IMG/VR virus record: IMGVR_UViG_3300042367_000228
Span: 186,001 to 250,000 of that record
Reading direction: 5' to 3' (one strand)
Length of the DNA: 64,000 nt
Shown here one piece after another: positions 9,251 through 21,600 of the stretch. Under the pieces are notes generated by a model. The model was not told the origin of the DNA, searched no databases, and was given only the letters and a program-made list of their open reading frames with translations. How positions within the stretch are numbered: position 1 is the first letter of the stretch; each line of letters opens with the position of its first letter. Both the position numbers and the translations under genes were made by a program.

Positions 9251-12200
9251 ATGAAACAAGAAATTAAAATCGGTGTACAGGGTAACGACGGCACCGGTGA
9301 TAGTATACGCGATGCATTTCGTAAAGTTAACGAAAATTTTAATGAAGTTTATAGTATATTTGGAGAAGGCCGTATAACATTTTCCGAATTAGCTGATGGT
9401 TCTGATTATACAGGAAATCAGCTTATTATGGGCAATGCAGTCGGTGATAGCTTAACCGCAAGAACATTAACAGCAGGTGAAAATATTGCTATCGTAGTTA
9501 GCAGTTCTGCAGTAACTATTGCTTCTAAAGCATCGCAACTTTCAGAAGATACAACACCTCAGATTAAATATCCGTTTAACGTAAATTTAAAAGCAATTGG
9601 TCGTGTGCCGGAACCAAGCGAAGCATTAGTAGATGCGTTTAATGCGGCATGGATCGAACAAACTACACTTGATCAGTTACCAGTTAACGTTGGTTATGCA
9701 AATAAGACTTATCTAGCTGTATATAACGGTGTAATTGGGTATAAAGATAGTACCGGTAATGTAATTCAACCATCATTAACTACAGTTGAAGGACATCTTG
9801 ATACTACTAGTGAATTTTACGATCCAGCATTAACTGGTAATTATTTGTCAACATCAATAGTACCTCGTAAAGATTTAGTTTATCGAGGCGGTGATACGAT
9901 GTCAGGGCCGCTTTATTTGAATGATCATCCAAATGAGTTAGCTGGTATTGTTGGAACCGCAGATAGATCTGAATATCAAGCTGCTACTTCGTTTTATGTT
10001 GATAACAAAACATTTTCTAGTAACGTAAACCTATATGTTACTACAAGTGGTGATGATTTACAATTAACATCACCGCCAGGTAAAGAAGGAAGATTCTGGA
10101 ATTATTCATTTAATACTATCAGTGCAGCATTATTACATGCTGAATCGTTGATTAATGTAGCAAGTCAAGAACCCGGACCGTACACACAACGGGTTTCATA
10201 TTCACTTGGTCCTAATCGTTATTTTTCAAAAATACAAAAAGTTACATTAACTGGGGGCAACGCTGCTAATCCGGGATATGTTGCTGCATTTAACTTACTA
10301 CAAGCAAATAAAGAGTTTATTCAATCAGAAACAATTGCATATATTAATAAAAAATATGTTAATTCATTTTCATATGATCATGAAACATTAACTATTAAAA
10401 TTAACTCGTTATTATCTAATATCGGTGAAGATTTAGTATTAGGTGCAACTAGCCCAGATTCAGATACATCGAGTACTAACTATAATTCATATTGGGAAGG
10501 TGTAAGTTATATTCATGATAATCTTACTAGTGAAGGGTTAATTCAGTGGGTTGAAACTGTTAATTTTGTAAGAGATCAGATCATCGACTTTTCGTATAAT
10601 ACAACAGCATTACAAACATATACTGAGCAGATTATTAATGCACTACTATATGATATGTTGTTTAAAACAAATTACCTAAGTATCCAAACAGGTATAGCAT
10701 TTAAAGATGCAAATACTAAAGTAAGTGCTGAACAGTTAGCATCGATGTTAACAATTAATCCGATTACTATTACTGCAGCAGAGTGCAAAGACGGTAATGT
10801 GATATTGTCATTTAATACACAATCGTCTATTTTATTCCCAATAGGAAGTGAAATTTTACTCAATGCATCGTTTATTAGTAAAACAGTTAGTTCTACACCA
10901 GTAACTATTTCGTCATACAACAACGGAGCAGTTGTTTCGTTTAGTGTTATTGATTCATCTACTTCATCTGTAACATTATCAAACACTAGTCTTAGCTTAG
11001 TTGCTGATAAGTTTACAGTGTCAGGAACAATTGATCGTAAAAATTTAATTAATCAATTATTGTTAATTCCTGCAGTAAAATCTCTTCCGACTGAAACAAA
11101 AACTCTATGGATTATTTCAAACGTTAACATTATTAAAAATTATATTTTAAATGATACTTTGCCAACTGTAACTTTTCCAACTCCATCGAATCCGCTAGTT
11201 GGTTATAATGTAGTAGGTTATAATTCAGCAAAACAATTATTATTAGAAAATATTTCATTTATACAAGCAGAAACGTTATCATTTTTAAATTCAGAGTATC
11301 CGACTGTAATTTATGATAGAGATTTAATTATTCGAGATGTAAATTATATAATTTGGAGTTTAGTATATGATTTAACGTACGGTGGAAACAGTCAAAGTGT
11401 ATACATCGGTAAACACAATTGGGCCACATTATCTAATTTTGTTAATGCAGCTGAATTAGAAGCATGGGTTCAATCAATAAGACACATTAATATCTTAGCG
11501 CAGTCAATTATTACTAATGTGAAATCAGGAGTTACATATCAACAGTCGGTAAGACAATATAGAAATGATACATTAACTAATGGTAGTGTTGCTTCTACAT
11601 CAGTATCTACAAATATTACATTAATTGCAGACATTACATCTGATATTAATAATGTGCCTTCGTCAATTACGTATCCAACAATTACAATCGGTGTTACTGA
11701 ATGGCAATCTGTTTATACTAATACATCAAGAACTATATTTACTACCGGATCGACTACATCAACTTCTTGGTTTATGAACAAGTATTATCCAGTTATTGAT
11801 ACAGAAATTAAACAAACTAAAATTATAAAATTGTTTAAAGTTATAACTGATATTATCGAATCCGGGCAATTTCCGACAACATTGCCAACTTATCCGTTAC
11901 TGGCTCCGGCTATACGAGTTCATAGTGTATCAACAATTACACCAGCAATGACTGCCCAAGCAAGAGATTTATTACCATTATCAGTTATAACTAATATTGC
12001 AACAAATACTAATGCGTATGTTCTAACAACCTATTCTTCTATTACGTATGATCAAACATTGTTTATTAAAGAATTAAAAAGTTTGTTAATTGCGTTATGC
12101 TATGATATAACGTTTGGTGGAACTACTGCATTGTACCGTGCATCTAGTAAATTTACTAAAATTAGTGTTAATTCTACGGTAATTCAAAACATATTTGAAC

Positions 12201-15200
12201 ATGCAAAAACTGTTACAGTTTCTTACATTACTGGTCATATTACAGGTGATACTGTGTCAAATACTGTAGCAGCATTAATTAACTCAAAATTTGATAAAAT
12301 CGTTTATTTTTTAACAACATCGTCAGCAACTAATACATTAGTTCCTATTAGTGTCTTTACAAACAACGATACTAACGATATGTATAGTAATGCAATAAAA
12401 TTAAAAAATCTTATTATAGATAACTCTTCGTTAATTATAAGTAACACTATTTCGTTTGTTGATACTACATTATCAGGTGGGTTTGTATACGACGAGTCGT
12501 TATGTTATAGAGATATTGGATTACTTGTTGATGCAATGTCGATAGACTTGATAACAGGCGGGACATGGCAGGCAATTACATCGGGTAAAAGTTTTTACAA
12601 AAATTCTAGTGCAAGAACAGTTACAGTTGGCGGATCTCATTATATACAATCTTTAGATGGAATCGAGTTTGCTAGAAAAGTTGGTTTACAAGTATTAAAT
12701 AAACAAACTGCGGTTAGATTCCAATCATTACAACAAACAGTAAGTTTTTCATCATTAAATAGCTTGCCATCTACGGGAATTAATATAACAGGTAGCACAT
12801 CAGCAGTTGTTACAGTATCGCAAACAGTAACATTTACTGATTCGGGTAACACTGTTACATTGGCAAATCATGGATTTGCCAATGGTACTACGATAGTATT
12901 TTCTTCTATCACATCAACTACTGGAATTACAACTAATACACCGTATTATATAATTAATTCAGCAACAGATACGTTTAAGTTATCAACTTCGTTAGGCGGT
13001 AGTGCAATTACACTAACAACTAACGGTTCTGGTATTATATATGATCCAATTACGAAATTTACTGAAAGTTTCCAATCAGTCATTGACATCTTAAATTATG
13101 GTATTAGTGTAGCAGCTACACCGTCGTATGGTACAGGATTATGGCATATTGCAATTGATAATGGTGGCAATGGGTACGTTGAACAAGGTGCATCAAACAA
13201 CAATGACTTATTCCCGTCTAAGATTGTAGTCGGGGTCGGATCAACTAATGTTACTGCATCTAATGCACATGGTAGTATTGTAAAATACATTTCGGCTACA
13301 GATACTTCAGGTACGTCGACAGTATTATCAAATGTTGATACTTTACAATTACAATTAACAACTCCGGGGTTTTTCAAAATCTATGAAGAAATTGAATTTG
13401 GTGAGCCAGTTAATGGATTAAACTTTACGATTTTTGTTGAAAGTGGTATTTATTACGAAGATTACCCAATGAGAATCCCGCCAAACGTTACACTTAAAGG
13501 CGATGATGCAAGAAGAACAATTGTTCGACCAAAAGACAGAGCAAGTCAAAGTTCGTGGAAACGTATATTCTTCTATCGAGATTCAATTATCGATTCGATG
13601 GAAATAGGTAATGTTAATTATACTGCTACTTATAGCAGTAGCAATAACCATGCTCCAGCAATCGTAGACAATATTTCAGCTACACTAGACAATACTACTG
13701 GATCTGTAGTAGTTACATTGAGTGGAAACTATCAAGCACCACTTTCATGGATTGGTTTAATATTTGCTGATAATATTACTAGCGGTTTTGGGACAAATTT
13801 AACAGAACGAGGTCGAGCTGTTGTTGATTCAGTTAGTGGTAATACACTAAACTGTACAGTAATTTATCCATTCTCAGCAAGCGGAGTAAAAGCAGCTGGA
13901 TCTTGGTACTTATTTGATTCTCAAAATTACGGATACCATTACTTAACTAATCCTGCCGATATTACAAGTACAGCTAAGAACAATAAAGAACTTGATGTAT
14001 TCTTGTGTAATGAAGGTGTAAGAATTGTTGGATTTACATTCCAAGGACACGGTGGATTTATAATGGTATTAGATCCGACTGGGAATGTTAAAGCAAAATC
14101 ACCATATATTCAGGAATGTACAAGTTTTGCACAGAGCATTAATTCTAAAAGATTTGCCGGAGCTCAATTTATCGACGGTTTTGCAGGAAGATTATACGGA
14201 ACTCTTACTGCAGTAGCAGATGGAGGTATTACTGTTACAGTAACCGGTGGATCAACTAGTGGTTTACATTTACGACCACCTCAACCACCATGTTCGTTTT
14301 ATGTATCAGGTGTTCGCTATCAAATAGACCAAGTATTATCTCATACTATTAATACAACAACTGCAGTATCTGGAATTGCAGCACCAAACGGAACAGTTGT
14401 ATTAAGGTTAGATACAACAACACCATATGCAGGTGCTACAGGTATTGGTATTAACATTGAAACAGGCGGTAACCGTTCAATGTTAGCAAACAATTTATCA
14501 ATGTTTAACGATTTAGGGTACGGTGTTATTGTAACCAATGGTGGTTTCTCTGAACAAGTATGTTCGTTTACATATTATGCTTACACAGGGTATTGGGCAA
14601 ATAACGGTGGTAACATAAGAGCAGTAGGGTGTTCAAATACATTTGGAAAATATGGTTTAAGAGCATCTGGATATGACGTAACTGAGTTACCTGATTCGGT
14701 ATCACTTGTAAATAACCTAGTACAGACTGCAAGGGTTTATAAAACAGGTGCAACTGCATCTGAGATGGCAGCAAATGCAATCAATATTTGGATTAGCGAT
14801 TATGATTATATTCCAACTAATGTATCTGAATTAGAAATTAATCATATTACATCTGGCGGGACAATTACACAGTATTCTGTTTCGTCGGTAACTACAACGT
14901 CGATTACCGTTAACAGTAAACTTGTATTAATGTTAACGTTAAACACATCGGGTAGAACTAATTCTGTTGGTTCTACAGGATTAACTTACCCGTTGTATCA
15001 TGACCAGTTACTTATAATTCGAATTTCTCAAAACTTTAAATTTTCAGGAATTGACAATGTTAAACCAACTAGACCGTCAACTGCTTTACAATTTGTTGAT
15101 AAGTTAAATGAAGTTTATCGTATCGGTTCGTATAATTTAGTCGATTCGTTAGGTACGCAATTACCTGCAAACACATCTATTTTACAAAGTGATGTAAATT

Positions 15201-18200
15201 TCTCATATTATAAATTTTACACTGATACTACTAATATTACAACAACTGATACCGGTAGTAAAACATGTGGTTCAAAAATTGGTGATACTAAGATTGCTAT
15301 TCTTGCACTAAGTTTAACTGAAGATGTTGCTACAATTAACCAACTTGCAAAAGGTACATATATTGTAGCATGGAATGGTAGAATCCATAAAGTATTATCA
15401 TACGGTACAACACCAGTACCACATTTATTAATCGATAGCACTCCGGTATTGGATAATGCGTCAAATTCAATTTCATCGTTAACGTTAACATTTGTATCTA
15501 CTTCGTCAGGTACAGTAATTGGATCACAATATGCAGTATTTTCGTTCGCATCAGGAACTGCTCCGTTAGTTGATACGTTTATGGTGTTAACTGGCAATGC
15601 ACGATATAGTGGAACATACCAAGTTACTGGAAGTACTACGACCAGTGTAACATTATATTATCCAGCTGGTGTTGGTAGTTCAGGTACAGGTACGATTACT
15701 GCATCAAGCAATAATAATACTGGTATTAGTTTAGCATTTGATCCAACTACTGCAACAATATTAAAAGTTGGTTATGCAGCAAATGCACCAGCTATTGTTA
15801 CTACTCGAATTAGTACTTGCCGTGCAACCGGTCATGATTTTTGTGATATCGGTACAGGAAGTTATAGTACAACGAATATTCCATATTCGATTTATGGTGA
15901 CCCAACTAACCCACGTGATTCAACACTTGAAGTATTAGAGCAAGGTGTGGGTCGGTGTTTTTATGTATCTACTAACCAAGACGGTATATTTAGAGTCGGT
16001 AGATTCTTTTCAGTTGACCAAGGAACAGGAACAGTTTCGTTTAGCTCAAAAATTGCATTAACAAACGTTCAAGGTTTAGGGTTTGATCGAGGCGTAATTG
16101 TAAGTGAGTTTAGTGCGGATTCGTCGTTTAACAACAATGCATCTGATGTTGTTCCTGTTATAAGTGCAATTAGAGGATATATTGATAAAAGATTAGGTAT
16201 TACTCATTCTGGTTCAGTCTTATTGCAACCATCAAGAGTAGGTCCGGGGTTTGTTGCATTAAACGGAAGCACACCGATCGAAGGTTCGCTAGCAATGCAA
16301 GGAAATCTAATTACTGGATTAGGCAATCCAGTAAGCGATCAAGATGCTGCAACTAAATGGTTTGTAGTAAATCAAGTTTCATCAAGAGATGCTGTTTCAA
16401 AATTAGGTGATGTTAAAATTGGAACTTCACAATCTGCAGAAGTATTAACTTATTCACTTGGTCCAACAGATAGTGGTTCATCAACTGAGTATAAATGGCG
16501 TAATAAAACATTAAATGGAGATGTAACACTTTCTGTAGTGTACGATGCACCGTCATTATCTTATAATTTAACATCGACTATCGGTTCTGGTAAAATTCTT
16601 AATAGCATGGTAAGTAGCTCGGCAGCGATTGCACAAAGTAAATTATCTTTATCATATGCTACTACAAGAGCATCGGCTGATGGTGTCCTGCAGGAAAATT
16701 TAGGAGTTGCTAGTTTTAACGATAAAATATTTACATCAACAAGCGGTTGGGTAGATTTAGTTGATTCATCGTCAACTAGTACAGGTGTATTATTAACTAA
16801 ACTTCAGTATATTGCAAAATCTACAATTTTAGGTAATATAGATGCCGGAACAGGATCCGGTATAGTAAAAGCATTAACTCCATTATCGGTTGTCCAAGCC
16901 GGTGACGGTATTACAAATTCGTTATTTACGTCATCTGGTGTGTTAACTGTTGCATATAGTTCGTCAACTACTAATAACGTTTATAGTGTTACCGCTGTAA
17001 CTACATCTGCATCGTCTACTGACGGTGGTAAATTAGTAAAAACTAAATCAAGTGGCGAAATCGATGTAGCGCAACTACAAATTGATACCTATAAAATTAT
17101 CGATACAGTTGCAGGAACAGGAACAGCATCAACTGCAAAAGTAGTGTTTACTACACCAGGACAGTCAGAATTCTTAACTGCTACTGGTGGTTCTGATAAT
17201 GCAATTGTTGTTAAAGTATCTGGAACTTTAGATGTAACAGGTACTAATAATAGTTTAAAAACTACATCGATTACAACAGGCAGTTCAACAACAACAGGTG
17301 AACTTATTGGTTCATGGACAGTTCCTGCAGGCAGTGAGTTAAAAGTACCAGGTGGTATTAATGCGTCAGGTGAAGGATTAACAGCAAGTTCACTAAGACC
17401 ATTAATAAAACCATTAGTATTATTTGATTTTGCTAATGCAAAAACATTGGATCCTAGAATTACATTTGCTCGCAATTCGATAGGCACATATTATAATTCT
17501 GCAGGAATATTAACAACTGCGATTGCTAACCAACCTAGATTTAATTTTAATCCAACTACAAAAATATCAGAAGGATTACTAGTTGAAGAATCGCGTAGAA
17601 ATTGGATAGTTTCGTCGGCTGCATTTGCAACATCCGGTGGATCACAAAACTGGACTTATACAAACGTAACTAGATCAACATCAACTACTATTGCACCTGA
17701 CGGTACCACTGCATATCAATTTACATCAACAAGTGCAATGGCAACAATGATGTTTGCTGGAGGGACGTCAACTGGGCCTACCTTAAGAACATTTTCAGTA
17801 TGGATGAAACGTATTAATGGTTCAGGTAATATTAAGTTTACTATGGATTCTAATACTCCGGTAGTAGCTGGTATTTCATCACCAACATGGTATACAATTC
17901 CAGTAACAACTACATTAACACGACATGTATTTACAAATGCAACATCAGATCATGTAGGTATACGAATTGAAACATCCGGTGATGTTGTAGTAATATGGGG
18001 TGCGCAATTAGAAGATGGCGGTATGGAAACAAGTTATATTCCAACTACAACTACTGATGTATTAAGAGCTGCTGACACAGTTTATGTAGATAGTACTAAT
18101 TTCTCAAGATGGTATAATCAAAATGAAGGAACTATTTTAATTTCGCATGCAGTAACTGCAGTTGACACAACGACTGATCCAAGAGACTATGGTGGATTTG

Positions 18201-18580
18201 TTGTTATAAATTCTACACCAACTTCATCAATGGGGGTAAGATGTTATTCAAACGGTGCAAGTGGAATAACATTCGATGCGTACTCTTCGATATCGGGATC
18301 CACTCAGTTTGATTTTACTGGATTAACATTTCCATTTCCGCCTACTCTTCAAAATCCGCGAGTAAATACATTTGTTACTCATGCATTAGCGTATTCAACT
18401 AATTCATGTTCACATAGTTATAACAATATAACAGCAGAAGTAGATTCAGTTGCAACAATATCAACTGATATGATTAGATTAAACATAGGTAATGAAATTG
18501 GTACGCAAACGATTGCTAAAATTGCATATTACCCAATAAGATTAAGCAATACAGAAATACAAACGATTACAACTCAATAA
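9251..18580 (+). CDS. Very large baseplate/tail-fibre protein (~3110 aa)
   Basis: N-terminal IKIGVQGNDGTGDSIRDAFRKVNENF resembles the T4 gp9/gp10 baseplate N-terminal motif; C-terminal GLLVEESRRN..WGAQLEDG..TSYIPT lectin-like fibre domain; ATAAATA late promoter at ~9203. Confidence 0.75.
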   Translation: MKQEIKIGVQGNDGTGDSIRDAFRKVNENFNEVYSIFGEGRITFSELADGSDYTGNQLIMGNAVGDSLTARTLTAGENIAIVVSSSAVTIASKASQLSEDTTPQIKYPFNVNLKAIGRVPEPSEALVDAFNAAWIEQTTLDQLPVNVGYANKTYLAVYNGVIGYKDSTGNVIQPSLTTVEGHLDTTSEFYDPALTGNYLSTSIVPRKDLVYRGGDTMSGPLYLNDHPNELAGIVGTADRSEYQAATSFYVDNKTFSSNVNLYVTTSGDDLQLTSPPGKEGRFWNYSFNTISAALLHAESLINVASQEPGPYTQRVSYSLGPNRYFSKIQKVTLTGGNAANPGYVAAFNLLQANKEFIQSETIAYINKKYVNSFSYDHETLTIKINSLLSNIGEDLVLGATSPDSDTSSTNYNSYWEGVSYIHDNLTSEGLIQWVETVNFVRDQIIDFSYNTTALQTYTEQIINALLYDMLFKTNYLSIQTGIAFKDANTKVSAEQLASMLTINPITITAAECKDGNVILSFNTQSSILFPIGSEILLNASFISKTVSSTPVTISSYNNGAVVSFSVIDSSTSSVTLSNTSLSLVADKFTVSGTIDRKNLINQLLLIPAVKSLPTETKTLWIISNVNIIKNYILNDTLPTVTFPTPSNPLVGYNVVGYNSAKQLLLENISFIQAETLSFLNSEYPTVIYDRDLIIRDVNYIIWSLVYDLTYGGNSQSVYIGKHNWATLSNFVNAAELEAWVQSIRHINILAQSIITNVKSGVTYQQSVRQYRNDTLTNGSVASTSVSTNITLIADITSDINNVPSSITYPTITIGVTEWQSVYTNTSRTIFTTGSTTSTSWFMNKYYPVIDTEIKQTKIIKLFKVITDIIESGQFPTTLPTYPLLAPAIRVHSVSTITPAMTAQARDLLPLSVITNIATNTNAYVLTTYSSITYDQTLFIKELKSLLIALCYDITFGGTTALYRASSKFTKISVNSTVIQNIFEHAKTVTVSYITGHITGDTVSNTVAALINSKFDKIVYFLTTSSATNTLVPISVFTNNDTNDMYSNAIKLKNLIIDNSSLIISNTISFVDTTLSGGFVYDESLCYRDIGLLVDAMSIDLITGGTWQAITSGKSFYKNSSARTVTVGGSHYIQSLDGIEFARKVGLQVLNKQTAVRFQSLQQTVSFSSLNSLPSTGINITGSTSAVVTVSQTVTFTDSGNTVTLANHGFANGTTIVFSSITSTTGITTNTPYYIINSATDTFKLSTSLGGSAITLTTNGSGIIYDPITKFTESFQSVIDILNYGISVAATPSYGTGLWHIAIDNGGNGYVEQGASNNNDLFPSKIVVGVGSTNVTASNAHGSIVKYISATDTSGTSTVLSNVDTLQLQLTTPGFFKIYEEIEFGEPVNGLNFTIFVESGIYYEDYPMRIPPNVTLKGDDARRTIVRPKDRASQSSWKRIFFYRDSIIDSMEIGNVNYTATYSSSNNHAPAIVDNISATLDNTTGSVVVTLSGNYQAPLSWIGLIFADNITSGFGTNLTERGRAVVDSVSGNTLNCTVIYPFSASGVKAAGSWYLFDSQNYGYHYLTNPADITSTAKNNKELDVFLCNEGVRIVGFTFQGHGGFIMVLDPTGNVKAKSPYIQECTSFAQSINSKRFAGAQFIDGFAGRLYGTLTAVADGGITVTVTGGSTSGLHLRPPQPPCSFYVSGVRYQIDQVLSHTINTTTAVSGIAAPNGTVVLRLDTTTPYAGATGIGINIETGGNRSMLANNLSMFNDLGYGVIVTNGGFSEQVCSFTYYAYTGYWANNGGNIRAVGCSNTFGKYGLRASGYDVTELPDSVSLVNNLVQTARVYKTGATASEMAANAINIWISDYDYIPTNVSELEINHITSGGTITQYSVSSVTTTSITVNSKLVLMLTLNTSGRTNSVGSTGLTYPLYHDQLLIIRISQNFKFSGIDNVKPTRPSTALQFVDKLNEVYRIGSYNLVDSLGTQLPANTSILQSDVNFSYYKFYTDTTNITTTDTGSKTCGSKIGDTKIAILALSLTEDVATINQLAKGTYIVAWNGRIHKVLSYGTTPVPHLLIDSTPVLDNASNSISSLTLTFVSTSSGTVIGSQYAVFSFASGTAPLVDTFMVLTGNARYSGTYQVTGSTTTSVTLYYPAGVGSSGTGTITASSNNNTGISLAFDPTTATILKVGYAANAPAIVTTRISTCRATGHDFCDIGTGSYSTTNIPYSIYGDPTNPRDSTLEVLEQGVGRCFYVSTNQDGIFRVGRFFSVDQGTGTVSFSSKIALTNVQGLGFDRGVIVSEFSADSSFNNNASDVVPVISAIRGYIDKRLGITHSGSVLLQPSRVGPGFVALNGSTPIEGSLAMQGNLITGLGNPVSDQDAATKWFVVNQVSSRDAVSKLGDVKIGTSQSAEVLTYSLGPTDSGSSTEYKWRNKTLNGDVTLSVVYDAPSLSYNLTSTIGSGKILNSMVSSSAAIAQSKLSLSYATTRASADGVLQENLGVASFNDKIFTSTSGWVDLVDSSSTSTGVLLTKLQYIAKSTILGNIDAGTGSGIVKALTPLSVVQAGDGITNSLFTSSGVLTVAYSSSTTNNVYSVTAVTTSASSTDGGKLVKTKSSGEIDVAQLQIDTYKIIDTVAGTGTASTAKVVFTTPGQSEFLTATGGSDNAIVVKVSGTLDVTGTNNSLKTTSITTGSSTTTGELIGSWTVPAGSELKVPGGINASGEGLTASSLRPLIKPLVLFDFANAKTLDPRITFARNSIGTYYNSAGILTTAIANQPRFNFNPTTKISEGLLVEESRRNWIVSSAAFATSGGSQNWTYTNVTRSTSTTIAPDGTTAYQFTSTSAMATMMFAGGTSTGPTLRTFSVWMKRINGSGNIKFTMDSNTPVVAGISSPTWYTIPVTTTLTRHVFTNATSDHVGIRIETSGDVVVIWGAQLEDGGMETSYIPTTTTDVLRAADTVYVDSTNFSRWYNQNEGTILISHAVTAVDTTTDPRDYGGFVVINSTPTSSMGVRCYSNGASGITFDAYSSISGSTQFDFTGLTFPFPPTLQNPRVNTFVTHALAYSTNSCSHSYNNITAEVDSVATISTDMIRLNIGNEIGTQTIAKIAYYPIRLSNTEIQTITTQ

Positions 18581-18648
18581 GGAATTAATATGAGACAAAA
18601 TTATAATTTTTTAAAAAATACAAACACATTTTCTAAGGAGTTGCAATA

Positions 18649-21600
18649 ATGAGTAGTTTTATTGGAACAGGTCCAAATCAAGTACCATCTAATAGTGATC
18701 TTGGCCGATTAGCGTATTTAGATTATACAGGATTGCAAGATGTAGGTACATATATACCTACAATTGCATCAGCAACTAGTATTTCACCGTTAACTGAAAT
18801 TGTATTTGTTTCTGGTACTACTACTATTACCACAATTGTTCCCCCTCCATTATTTGTAAATGGTGGCCGTATTACATTAATACCAACTGCAAAATTTAGT
18901 ATTGCAGCGACCGATAACGTTGCTATTGCAATATCTGCAGAGGTATCAAAACCTATTATACTAACGTATGTTGCATCACAAAGCAAATGGTATCCAAGTT
19001 ATGGAAACACTGTTAATCGTGTTACAGTTACAGCTCCTGCTACTGGATCAACATTAACTATTGCAGATAATAAAACACTAACAGTTAATAATACATTAAC
19101 ATTTTCAGGAACTGATAGTAAAACATTAACTGTAAATAAAAATGTTACACTAGACGGTGTAGATGGTAAAACATTAACTTTAAATGCTGGTATAACGGTT
19201 AACACTACTTCTAGTAATGCAGTAATAGTTGACTTTGTTACAGGTGGAACAGTAGTGTTTGCAACGGCAGGGATAAATCAGTTTGCTGCTTCGTCAACAA
19301 CGTCAGCCCAGTTAGCAGGTGTTATGTCAGATAAAACTGGAACTGGCTCATTAGTATTTGGAACTAGTCCAGCATTTACTACGTCAATAACTACTGCATC
19401 TACTAGTTTTGATTTGTTTAATACTGGTGCTACTACGTTAAACATAGGCGGTGCTGCTACTACTTTAAAATTGGGAGCAAGTTCTGGCAGTACTTATATC
19501 GGTAATTCAATGTTAGTCGGTGCTTCAACTGGCACAATAACTGGTAAATTACACTTAGTAACTCCTGCTCTTACTGGTGCTGTTGGTGATCGACAAACTA
19601 TAGCAAGATTCCAAACTACTCAAAGCGGGAACACTTCATTGTTAGATATCTCAAGTTTTAGAGATTCTACTAGTGTAATTGGAACAAACGGTACTGTAGC
19701 TGTAGGTGATTGGGTTACTGCTGGCACTCGAATTCAACAACAAATTGATAGTACCTGGATGGCGTGGCAGCAATTTAATGGAACACTTAATCCACAAGGA
19801 ATTGCGTGGGGCACTGGAAATAGCACAGTATCACCTCAAGCTGTTACAGAGAAAATGCGATTAGATAATAACGGTACTTTAGGACTTGGTACTGGTAGTT
19901 CAACACTTGCAACTAGTGTAACACATTTGCAATTGCCAACCGGTGCAGTTATTACTGCGTCAACTGGGAACCAGTTGACGATAGGTTCAAACGCAGTATG
20001 GAATTCCGCATGGAAATATGCAACTACATCAGCTGCTGCATATTATCAAGTGTATAACGGCGGCCATTCTTGGACTACTGCAGCATCTGGAACTGCAGGT
20101 TCAAATATAACGTTCAACGAAATAATGAAACTTGATTCTAGCGGAAATTGTTACCATATTGGGTCAGCTTTAGAACTTCGCCAAATTAATAATAGTCTAA
20201 GAATACGGGCAGTAAATTCAAGTTCAGAAACAACTAGATATCCAGGTCTAGAAGCATTTAACTATTCAGGTAATTTAGCAGCAACTGCCGATAATGGCGG
20301 GTTTCCAGTATTAGAATTGTACAGAAGTAGAGGTACTGAGGCAGCAAAACTTCCAGTAGCAATTAACGATACATTAGGAAGTATGACCGGATGGGGTTGG
20401 GATACATCAGTGTTTAACGATGTATGTCGAATAAATTTCTTAGCAGACAATACATTCAGTGCAGCTGATGCACGTGGTAGAATTGAATTCCAAACACAGA
20501 CCGGTACTACACTATCTACTAAAATGATTATCGATTCTAGTGGTAATGTTGGTATCGGAACCACCGGGTCTTTATCTCCTAAATTTCAAGTTGTAGGTTC
20601 GTCAACTTTCTCTAGTCAACCAAATGTTGCAGCAGTTTTCGGATCAGCAGTTACATCTGATTTGCTTTTAGGTTCAATTAATGGTAATGCTCCGTTTATT
20701 GCATCACAAGGTGCATATCCGTTATTGATGTATACTAATGCAACAGAACGAGTACGTATTGATTCTACCGGTAATGTTGGTATTGGAACAACTACACCAG
20801 GTTATAAACTTGATGTTGTTACAACTGGGGTTAGATTTCAAAGCGGTACTGCTGAAACTAATATTATATTAGGACCTCAAACTAATCAAGGATATGTGTA
20901 TGGTAATAGCACACAAATTGGATTTTATAGCGCAACTACTAGCGCCAATTTTTCAGTAAGCAAAGATTCTGCTAACCCTGGAATTGGCATAAATTCCGGA
21001 ACAAATGGCGATATAACATTTTCTTCTTCTAATACTACTAGAGCTAGAATAGTTGGAACAAATGGTAATTTTTTAATTGGCACAAATACTGATGGCGGTT
21101 ACAAACTTCAAGTAAACGGTACATTTAATGTTAATAACACAGTAACATTTACCGCAACTACTACTGCAACAAGCACTTCAACTGGCGCACTTCGAGTATC
21201 AGGTGGTGTTGGTATTGCTGAAAATGTATATGCTGGTGGTTCTATATCTGCAGTTGGTACTATTTATTCAGGAAGTAGTGCTACGATTAGTACGGATTTA
21301 AGTGTTGGAGGCAGATCATTATTGGCAGTAACGCCAAAATATATTAATTCATTTACAATTGGAGCAAACGACACCACTTGGTGGCGAATTGCGTCAATGG
21401 ATGGAAATAACCAACCTAGGTATTCGAGGTTTATATTATCTACTACTAACCATTTAAATATGGAATTTATTTTCTCTAACGGTGCAGGTGGTGATAATGG
21501 CCATGTTGAAGTTAGAGTCCGAGGGCATTATTCATATTGGTCATCATATCCATGGTATGTTAGATACAATCCAACAGGAACTAATTTACCATCGTATGTA